Virus record (IMG/VR): IMGVR_UViG_3300024429_000007
Location: 1 to 64,000 of that record
DNA: 64,000 bases
Strand: one strand, 5' to 3'
DNA from: an uncultured virus (IMG/VR IMGVR_UViG_3300024429_000007)
Lineage: Duplodnaviria > Heunggongvirae > Uroviricota > Caudoviricetes
Under the pieces are notes generated by a model. It did no database searches. It was not told where the DNA came from and saw nothing but the letters and a program-made list of their open reading frames with translations. Every line of letters begins with the position of its first letter. Within the stretch, counting starts at the first letter, position 1. Position numbers and translations under genes: made by a program. Shown piece after piece: positions 27,809 through 38,277 of the stretch.

Positions 27809-28810
27809 TTATAGTCCTTCTTCCAGTCCAAACCAATGCTTACTCTTTCCAAAAAATGGATGACTGCGAAGCATCTGATCCATCGGATACTTACCTAAAT
27901 ACGGAACAACTCGCTCTCCAACTTTGTCATCGAAAATACCTGTCCAGATCTTGTGATACAATCGGTGATAATCCAAGATCTCCTCGGCACTCATATCTAT
28001 AAATGGCATCCAATAGTTTCGGTCCGTATCCGTGACTTTCTCTGGATCGTGTTTCAGAAGCCATTGCAACCTGAGCACTCTCGACCAAGTCGTCTTCAGC
28101 AGATGCGCCTCTATCGCCATTCTACGCCCAACCCATCCAAAATGCCAGAACTGAAACATCGGCGGATATACTGCGACATCATCTTTCGTTCCTTCCAACT
28201 GATCGGGGCGAACCTCGAGGATCGGATGCAACCAGCCCTCCGGTTCAAACTGGTTATCGAAAAAAGAAATCTCCCCCTTATATCTCAATCGCTCATCGTA
28301 TCGGTAGAAGAGACACGCCAAATGATGACCATACGGCCGCTTGTATTCTTCATTGATCTGGAGAACATGGTGCATATCCAGAAAGAAGATCAATTGATCG
28401 GAATAGACGACTCGAATGTTTGGATACTGTTCACAGAGACTCTTAACCTGCTGAAGTTGCGACTCATCATACAGATGATCCGCATCTGCCACTAAAATAT
28501 AATCCGTATCCTTCGGGCACTCCCGTAAAGCAAGCTCTCTCAGCGTTCCAATCGTCGGCTGGAATCCAGCCTGGATATACTTAATCTTACCTTCCGAATC
28601 GTATTCTTCGATAAACCTCTCAATCTCTCCCTCCGTATTATCAAGTGACAATCCAAACCGATCGAAAGAACCAAATTCCTTCCATTTATCTTTAGCCACA
28701 CCTTCCACTATGACGATATGATCCACTACATCGTAGATCGATCTCAGCGACCACCAGACCCAATCCTCTTCATTTATTACAATCATCAATGCTGTAAGTT
28801 TCAAAGCCAT
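27809..28810 (-). CDS. GT2-like glycosyltransferase, paralogue 3
   Basis: NEEDW..LRSIYD..VEG, DAD, HFGWV, YHKIWTG. Confidence 0.82.
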   Translation of the reverse strand: MALKLTALMIVINEEDWVWWSLRSIYDVVDHIVIVEGVAKDKWKEFGSFDRFGLSLDNTEGEIERFIEEYDSEGKIKYIQAGFQPTIGTLRELALRECPKDTDYILVADADHLYDESQLQQVKSLCEQYPNIRVVYSDQLIFFLDMHHVLQINEEYKRPYGHHLACLFYRYDERLRYKGEISFFDNQFEPEGWLHPILEVRPDQLEGTKDDVAVYPPMFQFWHFGWVGRRMAIEAHLLKTTWSRVLRLQWLLKHDPEKVTDTDRNYWMPFIDMSAEEILDYHRLYHKIWTGIFDDKVGERVVPYLGKYPMDQMLRSHPFFGKSKHWFGLEEGL

Positions 28811-29796
28811 CCGAAGTCCCTCCTCTGCATGCCGAAGAAGGGATGATCTTTCATTGGAAGCGGATGCTCTCCCACTGCCTCCCACAAGATTTGGTCGCAT
28901 CGGATCCGATTGACCTTCGATGGAGGAAATTTTTGAAGAACATCTTCATCGGGCAAGATCCCCGTCCAGATCGGATTATACGTTTCGATGAACTCGGTTA
29001 GCTCCTGATCCGAAGATTCAGCCCGAACATTCAGCCCGGAATACGCATCAGATCTGCGATACGTCTGAAGAACCCGCTCGATCATCTTTTCACGTTTCCG
29101 AACCCACCCGTAATGATACTGTGGAATTACCCGCTTTCGCAATGTAATTCCATCGAGCCCTTGTTCCTGTGCATCTTTGATTCCTGTTTCGATGTCATCT
29201 TGAGCAATCCAAGGTAGCCACCAATTTATCAGAGGTTCGCCCTCGAAGTAAGGATTGTGTTCAGCGCTTTTCTCGGGATAGTACTCTCCTGGATAGAACT
29301 TTCTGAACATCGTTCCGCCAGTCGGTTCCAATTTGCCCATTTTCTTTGAAATCCGGCGAGTCCAGAAGTCCAGATAAAAATGGATCCGATCCACAGCAAC
29401 GCCACACAATCTCGGATGATCCGAGAACATCTGCCGAACTCGCAAAATGTCCAACGCCTTGTAACATTCATCCGCATCTACGTTGAGGAAATGAGTGGTC
29501 TCTCGTGGAAAAAGATCCACTGCATGGTTTGCCAATTCCGCGTAGTTTTTCGCAAAACCGTATTTGTAATTCCAAACCTTTCCATCCGGATCGTCGTTGG
29601 CGATGAATCGTTCAATCTCCTCGGAGCTACGATCTATCGAGAGTCCGGATTTGGAATAAAAACCCTCAATCCTTCCGTACTCTCCGATACATCCTTCGAC
29701 GATCACAATTGCATCGACAGCATCGTACATCGACTTTAGAACGTACCAGATATAGTCCTCTTCGTTCAGGAACAGTACTCGAGCTGTCAGAAACAT
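28801..29796 (-). CDS. GT2-like glycosyltransferase, paralogue 4
   Basis: NEEDY..LKSMYD..VEG, DADE, HYGWV, IWTG. Confidence 0.82.
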   Translation of the reverse strand: MFLTARVLFLNEEDYIWYVLKSMYDAVDAIVIVEGCIGEYGRIEGFYSKSGLSIDRSSEEIERFIANDDPDGKVWNYKYGFAKNYAELANHAVDLFPRETTHFLNVDADECYKALDILRVRQMFSDHPRLCGVAVDRIHFYLDFWTRRISKKMGKLEPTGGTMFRKFYPGEYYPEKSAEHNPYFEGEPLINWWLPWIAQDDIETGIKDAQEQGLDGITLRKRVIPQYHYGWVRKREKMIERVLQTYRRSDAYSGLNVRAESSDQELTEFIETYNPIWTGILPDEDVLQKFPPSKVNRIRCDQILWEAVGEHPLPMKDHPFFGMQRRDFGWL

Positions 29797-30755
29797 CCAA
29801 TATCCTCCAATGTGTTAATCACCATTTCAACGGTGATCTTCTTGAGACACTGGCGATAATGAGGCCGCTTATGACAAGCATGCGTCTGCCAGTCCCAACA
29901 TGGATTGCAGTCAACTCTTAAACTGAGACCGGTAGTTTTGGGATAGTACCCGATCCGAAACTCCGGTGGGATCGGTCCGAATAAGGCGACCGAAGGAATT
30001 TGGAGAAGGCCTGCCAGGTGCATAATGCCCGAATCTGGACAAACGAGATACTCACAAAACGAGAGCAACCCCAACAGATCGATCAAGGCGGTCTTGTCAG
30101 GCACAATTACGTGATCGAATTTCCGAAATTGCTCTCGGACTGCATGACTCTCCAAAATCAAAATCTTCCATCCCTCTCGGTCCGATAACCGCTCAACCAA
30201 TTCAAGATTGCGTTCCACGGGCCAGGTTCGAATAGCGGAATATGCCATCAGGTGTAAACCGAACAACTTTTCACCTCGCCAACCTGCCCTTTGCAGAATT
30301 GTTCTTGCCTTTACAATTTCGCTCTTCAAAATCGGAAAGTCGAACCGCGGACAGTAACATTGAGGATTTAGCTCCAGTAATCTCGCAAAGAGATCTTGCC
30401 TCGGTGCTTCGCAGCAGATTGGAAGAAAATCAACTTTGTTCTGGAGATCGACTACCAGGTCGTATCGTCCTTTCACCTCGGCCTGCTTTTCATTCACCAA
30501 ACGGTCGATGAAATCGAATCGTCGAAGCAACGGAAAGAAGATTGGTGAAGTCCCGAAGACCAGTTTCGTCTTCGGTCCGTACTTTCCCTTCAATGCCTTC
30601 AAAGCAGGTAAAACCTGCAAGACATCGCCAAGACCCCGAAATCGTTTCACCAGAACTGCGGACTGCTTTCCTTTTCCGGTTCTGAAACCAGCATTGAAAA
30701 GTTGAATCTCTTCAGACATAGTTCTGGAATCCGGGACATCCCTTGTACGCGGCAT
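29787..30755 (-). CDS. GT9 (heptosyltransferase-like) glycosyltransferase
   Basis: RGLGDV, DSGIMHLA, VALFGP. Confidence 0.9.
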   Translation of the reverse strand: MPRTRDVPDSRTMSEEIQLFNAGFRTGKGKQSAVLVKRFRGLGDVLQVLPALKALKGKYGPKTKLVFGTSPIFFPLLRRFDFIDRLVNEKQAEVKGRYDLVVDLQNKVDFLPICCEAPRQDLFARLLELNPQCYCPRFDFPILKSEIVKARTILQRAGWRGEKLFGLHLMAYSAIRTWPVERNLELVERLSDREGWKILILESHAVREQFRKFDHVIVPDKTALIDLLGLLSFCEYLVCPDSGIMHLAGLLQIPSVALFGPIPPEFRIGYYPKTTGLSLRVDCNPCWDWQTHACHKRPHYRQCLKKITVEMVINTLEDIGCF

Positions 30756-30764
30756 CAGTTCCTC

Positions 30765-31223
30765 CTATCCTGAAACAAAGATAAAAACGGCCGCTGCCGG
30801 CGCAGCACCGCTCGGTAGGTAATTCGCAAGATAAATATCGTAGACTCCGAGATCACCTACTGAAAGCTCAAAGATTTTGCCCCAAGTCGTCACGTCAATT
30901 CGAATCTCGTCTTCGGTCAATCCATTGAAACGAACCTGGATATCCTGGTCCGTGATAATGAAACCTGCCTGCGCTCTGATTCGCCCATCAGCGCCGTACC
31001 TCGCCTGAAGATCTGTTCCAACGTCGATATGTACCGCATTGGCCCAGGGCACGTTCGCATCGAGGCTGATATGGTACGCCCGGTAATGCTCGTTTGCGTC
31101 GACCCGGGTAAGTCCCCCGCCGAAAATTGATCCCCGCCGCTGCCGGGGTTTTCCATCCGGGTCGAGGAGAAGTTCTACGGGGACCCGATTGTCATCTCTC
31201 TTCGCAACTTCGCCTTCCGACAT
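30765..31223 (-). CDS. hypothetical, probable virion protein
   Basis: AGGAG RBS; last gene of the tail block. Confidence 0.65.
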   Translation of the reverse strand: MSEGEVAKRDDNRVPVELLLDPDGKPRQRRGSIFGGGLTRVDANEHYRAYHISLDANVPWANAVHIDVGTDLQARYGADGRIRAQAGFIITDQDIQVRFNGLTEDEIRIDVTTWGKIFELSVGDLGVYDIYLANYLPSGAAPAAAVFIFVSG

Positions 31224-31243
31224 TGTGGTTGCTCCTTTCTTTT

Positions 31244-32098
31244 CTAAACTGGAGATTTGTTTAGAAGATGCGCTCCGATTAAGTTGATACTTCCCGTATG
31301 CCCCACATAAATATCACCGAAATAGGTTCTCGCAAAATCTCCGTTCCACCTGGAAACCACCATGAACTCGTTGTCGTCGTGCGGCTGGAAGACCATTAGG
31401 TCACTGTCCGAGATCCTCGTGCGCTTCTCTTCTTCTACTTTTGTCAAATACTCGTAAGCCATACTCGCTTGGAAGCGCCATCCTCGGAGATATTCCTGAG
31501 TTCGACCCGATAAAAGTTCAAATCGTGCTTCCAACTCCTTCCCAAAAACAGACTCAAAAACCTCCGGAACTCGAAGATTTATTTTCTCCGTGACCTCATA
31601 GAGATTTACGTTATCAAAATACGAAAGCCCGAGCATAGTATCGGTTCCGTAGAGTCGAACTTCAATTTCAGTTGGCCCAATCACAGGACTGCCCAACGGC
31701 AGAAAGACGAAGTAATAGAAATAATGTGTGAACTTCCCGCTCTCGGCAGTAAATGTTTGATTGAACGTTTGGTAATCATCAACGTCCTTGATCAAGATTT
31801 TAATATCCCGGTCGACATCGGTGCGGATTGCAAACTCCAGGATAAATGACCTTCCCCAAAGCTCTGCCGAAGTCTCGACTGTCGTAAGGGCATAGGCATT
31901 CAGATCACTGCTCGCATCGACCTTCATCGAGTACTCGCCCCAGAACGTTAAAACATCTTCGATTCGGGCGATATTGCCCGCAGCGGGCTTTCCCGTCCAA
32001 TCAGTCAGGTTGACTTCGAAATTCCAATTTGTAATAAATACTTCCGTGCTCGCAAGATAAAAGACGCACGGGCCCGTTCCACCTACGACCAGATTCAT
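31244..32098 (-). CDS. putative tail protein with carbohydrate-binding-module-like insert
   Basis: ITNWNFE..W ... YFDNVNL (CBM4/9-like); position. Confidence 0.6.
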   Translation of the reverse strand: MNLVVGGTGPCVFYLASTEVFITNWNFEVNLTDWTGKPAAGNIARIEDVLTFWGEYSMKVDASSDLNAYALTTVETSAELWGRSFILEFAIRTDVDRDIKILIKDVDDYQTFNQTFTAESGKFTHYFYYFVFLPLGSPVIGPTEIEVRLYGTDTMLGLSYFDNVNLYEVTEKINLRVPEVFESVFGKELEARFELLSGRTQEYLRGWRFQASMAYEYLTKVEEEKRTRISDSDLMVFQPHDDNEFMVVSRWNGDFARTYFGDIYVGHTGSINLIGAHLLNKSPV

Positions 32099-35000
32099 TG
32101 CTCGACTAACCCCATTTCTGTTTGCCCGTTTGAGTTACGTAATCGAAAGGAGACGATACTTCGACTCTTACTTGGATCAACTCCTTTCGAAATAATTTTC
32201 AGAAGATCTTCTCGCTCGAAATGCGGAAGATATTTCGCGGTGATCGGAAGCAGAGTCCGCTCCTTGAAGAAGTATTTCCCGTAAATCTCCGCCAACTTCT
32301 CTGCAAAATGCCGATCCTGAACAAGTGGATTAGAGATCTTCAGAACTCTCTGATTACGTCCTGTCAAACCCCAAGACTCGGTACCCTTTAATTCCTGAAA
32401 AGACCAACTCACCGCGCAACCATCGTAAATAAACTTCCATGTTTTTTCGGGCTTCACCTCGACCAACTCATCTTCTAGCGTTGAAGAACTACCAGGAACA
32501 GTCTCCCGCTTTTCAACAATCGCAACTCGATCAGGATCTACTCTAAGAATCGCATTTGCAGCTTGACTGAGCTTCGTTGCAGCCTGCCGACAATTATCAT
32601 CCCCAAAATCAGCGAGTTGCACCCTCGGAACCCAACTCGTTCCGTAAGACCACATCGTCCCAGAGGGCTTCGAGAGCCCATAGAGAATGTCTCCAACCCA
32701 GACCAAAGATTCGGCTGAGTAATCACCGGAGCGGAGCACACCAATTTTTCGGATCGTAATGTCGGGGCTACTCCACGTAATTTCGATCAGGAAGGCATCT
32801 TCAATCTGAAATCGATCATCGGTACAGACGGCATACATCTTCCCGTCGTGGAAGGTAAAACATTTGATTGGACGATACCAGTCAAAACTGAAATTGGATC
32901 CAGTTTGAATCGAATACTTTGCGCCGGCCGGAGTATCCTCGAAGACCGCATAGTGATAGCGAAGAGTGTCCCGATCAAAAAAGGTCAGATGAATCACATC
33001 CTGATCGGGGTCATATCCCAGACCAATCGGAGTACAAGTTTCTTCCTGACCCGACATCGTACCACTTACTGAGGAGGACGCGGAATGAAAGATGGTTGCC
33101 CCCGCGCCGGTTCTCAGATTATGGCGGGTCACATAAGCATCGGACTTCTGAGGTACGAAGGAGACATTTGTATCATTCCACACCATCGACCCATAGATTA
33201 TTTCTGGGGCAGTGGGAGTTCCGGAATTCTCTTTCAATGCGCCGCAGCAGATCTGTCGATCTTGGGTGTCCAGATCAAAGTACCGATCAAGACTCCATGC
33301 GGAAGCCGAGTAGTCCGCCTCCGCAATGTAATTCTGCTCACCCAGAGTTTGACTGGAATCAAAATCGTGATAGATATAGCTACGATAATACGGACTCCAA
33401 ACTACGACGCCCGGTTGTCCAAAAGTGAAACGGAGGTGCACATCGTCAATCGTAGACGTTTCAAGTGCTCCAGTCCAAACTACCCGATAATAAAACCCCG
33501 GAGAAGTAAGAGCAAACCGACCATGAGCAAATTCATCTTCGCCCGCCACTAAGTCACCGTACTGAAAACGCTCGATGTCATACTGATCGCCCCAGTATAA
33601 AACGTGCGTTTCAATCAACTTTGTCGCTCGGCGCAAGGAGACGTGACGATTGATTTGTCCGACAAAAATTGGATACATGATCGAAGAATAGTGCCCCGGT
33701 TCAGGGACAGCGATCATTTCTCCTCCCGTCGTCTCGTGCTGAGGAGTGCCACCAATCTCCCACCAGGGCCACCCATTCTGATTTCCTGTTCCATTACGAT
33801 GAAAAACCTCGCCGGAGAGGAAACGAGACTCCGCGGTCTCCCATTCTGCGATGGGCTCTCCAATCACCTGTTGTTCCAAAACACCGGTATCAAAGTCGTA
33901 GCGAAAGAGAATCGCCGGGGTACATCTCCCCTTTTTCGCATCAGCCTGGACATCGGTAACTGGCCGATATTCGGTGTTGTTATATCGCTTCCATGCCACT
34001 CCGAAGACGGCATTGTAAGCGTCATCGTAATCCATTCTCCGAATTTCAACGTCAAATGGCTTACTCAAGCTCGTAGAATAATAATCCCGGAGTTTGAAGA
34101 CAAATTCAAATCCCGTGTGTTCGGTAACTTTCCAGACCTCTTTCCCGATTCCAATCAAAATCACACGTCCGGCGCTACCGAGATCCTCGCCTTCACAAAG
34201 ACAACGAGCTTCACCCGGGTACGCTGGATAAGGAGGAATTCCCCAGATGGAGAATTGTGGTTTCGAAGTCGTATAGCTCAGTTGTTCGACCTCTCGACAA
34301 CTTGCAGAGAAGCCCGAGGCGGCCAATAGCGAAGATGAAGGATCTGACCCGGATCCACTTCCAAGAAGGAGTTCAACCGGGAGATTTTTTTTCCAAGTCG
34401 CCGGTACAAAAACCGAGGAATCCGAATCACTCGGTCGAATGATTACGTCTTCAGTTACCCTCTCGTCATCCGTCTCCTCGATTTGCTCGAAATTGACTCC
34501 GATCTCAATCGCATCTCCGTCTTGACCAACTGCTAAATACCGTCTCGTCAAATATCTGATTTTTGCGGTTCCGCTTCCCCAAGCTGAGACTGTGATCTTC
34601 AGCCAAAATCTCTCGACAACGATGTCATCTCCGCCGTCCTCACCGACCTTTTGTCCGGCCTTGGTCCAGTTAAACGGTGGAGTGATCGTTATGGTCCCGT
34701 CCTGACTAAAATCGCTCGTTCCGTCCGTCATATAGCTACTGAGGTCGCCCCAAGCCGCGAAGGATCCCTGAGAGTACTCGAAGGTCAGAGTTGCTCCGGT
34801 TAGAAATTCATCGAACTCGAAGGTGATCCCCCGAAACTTCTCAACAGCACTGATATAAAGAGTATCCGTTGAGGCTCCAAGCGCTGTTTCGGATTCTTGC
34901 TGCTGAACCATACAACTCTGCGAGATGTCGTAGAGCGTTCCTCCCACATCCTCCCGGATGATGAAGGTGAACGGAGCACCCAGATAGACAGGATTCCCAC

Positions 35001-35577
35001 TGTCGAAGATGATCTCAATTCCACCACGCTTGATAACTGACTGACCGATAATCAGAAAAACTTCGATATTATCGTCTTGCGTAAACCCTGCAAAAGAACA
35101 TTCGATGGTCGAGTCATCCCAGGCTGCAATCGTAGATTGATCTCCCAAATCCTTCCGGACCCAGGGGCCCTGATCCCACTGAAACCAACCCCACGATCTG
35201 TATTTCAGGACTTTGATTCCATCCGTAGTATCTGCACTTATGTTCACCACTGATACTTCAGGCAACCCACGCGATCCAGCTTCCCCTTCTTCCGCTTTGG
35301 ATCCTCGGCGGGATTTGAGCTTCGTTTTTGTAGAGGGGAATTTGAAGCTGAATTCCCGGACGCTCGTAGCAGGCCTATTCGGTCCTTCGACGTAAGCCTT
35401 CAGATCGACACCGGGGATTCTGAAAAAAGCACCGAACTCCTCAGAGACCAGTGCGGCGGGAAACTGTTCCATCCGCTTCAAGAAGTCGTAACTCTCGATC
35501 TGGATCGTTCTCTCACGGAGAGCATCTTGAATCGCAATGGGTTGAATGATTCCTGAGTATCGCAAGAATTTGCTCAT
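32095..35577 (-). CDS. large tail tip/baseplate-hub-like protein
   Basis: 1160 aa, beta-rich; ATG 35577 overlaps the upstream stop. Confidence 0.7.
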   Translation of the reverse strand: MSKFLRYSGIIQPIAIQDALRERTIQIESYDFLKRMEQFPAALVSEEFGAFFRIPGVDLKAYVEGPNRPATSVREFSFKFPSTKTKLKSRRGSKAEEGEAGSRGLPEVSVVNISADTTDGIKVLKYRSWGWFQWDQGPWVRKDLGDQSTIAAWDDSTIECSFAGFTQDDNIEVFLIIGQSVIKRGGIEIIFDSGNPVYLGAPFTFIIREDVGGTLYDISQSCMVQQQESETALGASTDTLYISAVEKFRGITFEFDEFLTGATLTFEYSQGSFAAWGDLSSYMTDGTSDFSQDGTITITPPFNWTKAGQKVGEDGGDDIVVERFWLKITVSAWGSGTAKIRYLTRRYLAVGQDGDAIEIGVNFEQIEETDDERVTEDVIIRPSDSDSSVFVPATWKKNLPVELLLGSGSGSDPSSSLLAASGFSASCREVEQLSYTTSKPQFSIWGIPPYPAYPGEARCLCEGEDLGSAGRVILIGIGKEVWKVTEHTGFEFVFKLRDYYSTSLSKPFDVEIRRMDYDDAYNAVFGVAWKRYNNTEYRPVTDVQADAKKGRCTPAILFRYDFDTGVLEQQVIGEPIAEWETAESRFLSGEVFHRNGTGNQNGWPWWEIGGTPQHETTGGEMIAVPEPGHYSSIMYPIFVGQINRHVSLRRATKLIETHVLYWGDQYDIERFQYGDLVAGEDEFAHGRFALTSPGFYYRVVWTGALETSTIDDVHLRFTFGQPGVVVWSPYYRSYIYHDFDSSQTLGEQNYIAEADYSASAWSLDRYFDLDTQDRQICCGALKENSGTPTAPEIIYGSMVWNDTNVSFVPQKSDAYVTRHNLRTGAGATIFHSASSSVSGTMSGQEETCTPIGLGYDPDQDVIHLTFFDRDTLRYHYAVFEDTPAGAKYSIQTGSNFSFDWYRPIKCFTFHDGKMYAVCTDDRFQIEDAFLIEITWSSPDITIRKIGVLRSGDYSAESLVWVGDILYGLSKPSGTMWSYGTSWVPRVQLADFGDDNCRQAATKLSQAANAILRVDPDRVAIVEKRETVPGSSSTLEDELVEVKPEKTWKFIYDGCAVSWSFQELKGTESWGLTGRNQRVLKISNPLVQDRHFAEKLAEIYGKYFFKERTLLPITAKYLPHFEREDLLKIISKGVDPSKSRSIVSFRLRNSNGQTEMGLVEQ

Positions 35578-36329
35578 GCCGCCGCCCTCAAACCTGCATA
35601 GAATTTCAAATTGAACCAGACTCCCAAACTTACGAGAAAAGCATCGCCAACCGATGCTCCATCGGTAAGTAGGGTTCCAACGACCACAACCGCTCCGGAG
35701 GTATTCGAAAGAATGGGATATTCCCGATTTTTCCCATCTCCCGACAGAACGGTCAACACACCACCTTTGAAGACATTCACTATCAAAGTACAATTAGTGA
35801 AAGTGACCTGTGTTTCGGCTATCGCAGTCGATTCCAAAAGTTCAGCGCCATTCCACAGGATCCCGGTATTTAATTCTGCGTCTAGAAAATACTTGTCCGC
35901 ATTATCCAACTTACAATTGAAAGTCGAAGACTGGAACAAATTTAGAGTTGAGCCCTCGATAGACTCCGAAACATCTCCCATCGACTCTTTCAAGATACGA
36001 TCTGAGACCAGAAAAATTCTTGAAACGCGGGCCCCGAGATCGGAAGCCGAAACCGATCCGCTCGACAAAACGAAAATTGTTTCCGAAGTCGAAAAGGTAA
36101 CTGATAAGATGACTTCTGTCTCGGAAAATTTCTTCGTAGACAACTGAATTGAATTTCCCGATACAAATAGCGCGGTTGCATCGCCCGCGACTCGAAATTG
36201 AGTCGAGCTATCGACCTGCGTAATCGGCCAGTAGCCTTCCCTCAAAATCTCGACATCTGAAATAATCTCGACACCGGATTCTTTTCGCATAAGACTGAGA
36301 TAGCTCGCATCTGTTCCGCCTGGTCGCAA
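35574..36329 (-). CDS. putative tail protein
   Basis: Position; beta-rich; STQFRVAGD domain. Confidence 0.65.
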   Translation of the reverse strand: MRPGGTDASYLSLMRKESGVEIISDVEILREGYWPITQVDSSTQFRVAGDATALFVSGNSIQLSTKKFSETEVILSVTFSTSETIFVLSSGSVSASDLGARVSRIFLVSDRILKESMGDVSESIEGSTLNLFQSSTFNCKLDNADKYFLDAELNTGILWNGAELLESTAIAETQVTFTNCTLIVNVFKGGVLTVLSGDGKNREYPILSNTSGAVVVVGTLLTDGASVGDAFLVSLGVWFNLKFYAGLRAAA

Positions 36330-38240
36330 TTATTTCACCCTATATCGTGACACATTGTCGGTGATTCTCATTCGAACGGTTCTCGTTTTCATTCTCTCGA
36401 CTTGTACCTTCGGTGGCGGCGGGGCCTCCATGAAAACTTCCGGAGCAACTGCTGGCGGTACTCGTCTTGGAAGAGGTGCCGGTTTCGCACTTGGGTACAC
36501 TCGTTTAACAACTGGCTGTGGTACTGCGACTGCTGGTGGTACCCGCTTTGCAAGGGGTACCGGTTCCGCACTCGGGTACGCTCGTTTAACAACTGGTGGT
36601 ACTTTCGCAACAGGATAAGATACAGCTTTAACTGGTGGTACTTCCTCAACAGGATAAGATACGGCTTCAACTGGTGGCTCCGGTGCTGCAACTGCTTTTC
36701 TTGCGAAGGGCGAAGGCCCGGGAACCCCCTCCTTGAAAATTGATTCAACTTCTTCGGTAAAAAGAACCTGCTCGGATATCGCTTCGGTTTTAGAGAAAGA
36801 TGTTACTTCGGAGAAAACCAGATCCTCGAAAAGATCAACTTGGGTTTTATGAGGACCGATCCAAATATGAATTTCTCTTAGGAGAACTTCAGAAAAGACA
36901 ATCTCTTCATCAATCAATCGGAGATTGTTCCAGAGTTCTTCCGTAAAGACAATCGCTTCGCTGATTTCAACCTGCCGAACAACCTCTTCTTCAAAGTAAA
37001 TTGATTCTGAAAGATTTACAGGAATACCGCGCTGAACCTGTTCAGTAAGATTGAATGTTTCATCAAGGCTGAGTCGACTTTGATAAATCTCTTCGGAAAA
37101 GAAGATTGACTCTTGGATACCATACGCTGATTCAACGCTTTCTGAGAAAAAAATTTGCTCATTGCAAATTCTCAGAATCTGAAGCTTTACTTCCTCATGA
37201 AGATAAAATTGATCAGAGGTTGACTGGACAATATCTAATGTTATAGATTCTTGTAAATATACCGATTCGGGGATCGGTCCGACTTGACTCGGGTAAACTC
37301 CCTCAGAGAAAACAATTGTCTCTGAGATTGTTTGTCTTAGCTCAAGCTCTTCTGAAAAGAGAACCTGTTCTTCGATCGGGGAAGGTATAATTTGACGAAC
37401 TAAAAGTTCTTCAAATTCAATGGTTTCTCGAAGAAGTGATGGAATATGAACAACGTCTTCAGTAAAAGAAACCGATTCCTCGATAATTTTAACAATCTCG
37501 GGAGGAAAAATGTCTTCGGAAAAAACAAATTCTTCTTCAATGGTCAGTCCTACGACCTGAACCTCAAGACTTTCGCTCAAAAGAACTTCTTCGAAAATTT
37601 CCCTCGGCAGCTCGCGTTCAACCGCTTCTCCGAATACGATTGATTCGGAAATCAGGAGAACTCCATCAGTCCAGATTTCTAAATCTTCAGGGAAGTAGAT
37701 CGTTTCAATCTGAAGAGCTTCAGTTCCAAAGAACCAAAACGATAACAGTCTCGGTGTCTTTGTACATATTGCTTCGACTTCCTCAGAAAACAGGACAGTC
37801 TCATCAATACGGGGAATTTTGTTGGCAATGATCTCTTCGGAAAAGAAAACCGATTCAGAAACAGCCGCGAGGAGTGGATTTACTTCCTCAGAAAACCATA
37901 CGGATTCCTCAATTGCTATCTCAAACTTCGCTTGAAAATAAAAAGTAAGCAGGCGCGGAGTAAAACCAGTTGTCAGCGAAACTTCCTCAGAAAACAGGAT
38001 GGTCTCATCAATATCACGACTATTATCTGCGGTAAGATCGATCTCCTCCGAGAATATAATTGACTCTTCAATCCCTGCATACAGTACATTTATTTCCTCG
38101 GAAAGCAGTACAGATTCTTCGATTTCTTCAAAGTACTGAGGTCGATACACCTCCTCGGAAAACTGCACAGACTCCTCAATCTCTACAACAAGCTGAGCCT
38201 GAAAATAGAATGATCGTAACTCTGGAGTCTGTGCAGCCAC
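36330..38240 (-). CDS. acidic repeat protein (IxExxxFSEE repeats) with Pro/Val-rich C-terminal repeats, putative fibre
   Basis: More than 20 copies of a ~20-aa repeat read directly. Confidence 0.75.
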   Translation of the reverse strand: MAAQTPELRSFYFQAQLVVEIEESVQFSEEVYRPQYFEEIEESVLLSEEINVLYAGIEESIIFSEEIDLTADNSRDIDETILFSEEVSLTTGFTPRLLTFYFQAKFEIAIEESVWFSEEVNPLLAAVSESVFFSEEIIANKIPRIDETVLFSEEVEAICTKTPRLLSFWFFGTEALQIETIYFPEDLEIWTDGVLLISESIVFGEAVERELPREIFEEVLLSESLEVQVVGLTIEEEFVFSEDIFPPEIVKIIEESVSFTEDVVHIPSLLRETIEFEELLVRQIIPSPIEEQVLFSEELELRQTISETIVFSEGVYPSQVGPIPESVYLQESITLDIVQSTSDQFYLHEEVKLQILRICNEQIFFSESVESAYGIQESIFFSEEIYQSRLSLDETFNLTEQVQRGIPVNLSESIYFEEEVVRQVEISEAIVFTEELWNNLRLIDEEIVFSEVLLREIHIWIGPHKTQVDLFEDLVFSEVTSFSKTEAISEQVLFTEEVESIFKEGVPGPSPFARKAVAAPEPPVEAVSYPVEEVPPVKAVSYPVAKVPPVVKRAYPSAEPVPLAKRVPPAVAVPQPVVKRVYPSAKPAPLPRRVPPAVAPEVFMEAPPPPKVQVERMKTRTVRMRITDNVSRYRVK

Positions 38241-38277
38241 ATCCTCGATCTCCTCAGACTACAATACCGTGGCCGGA

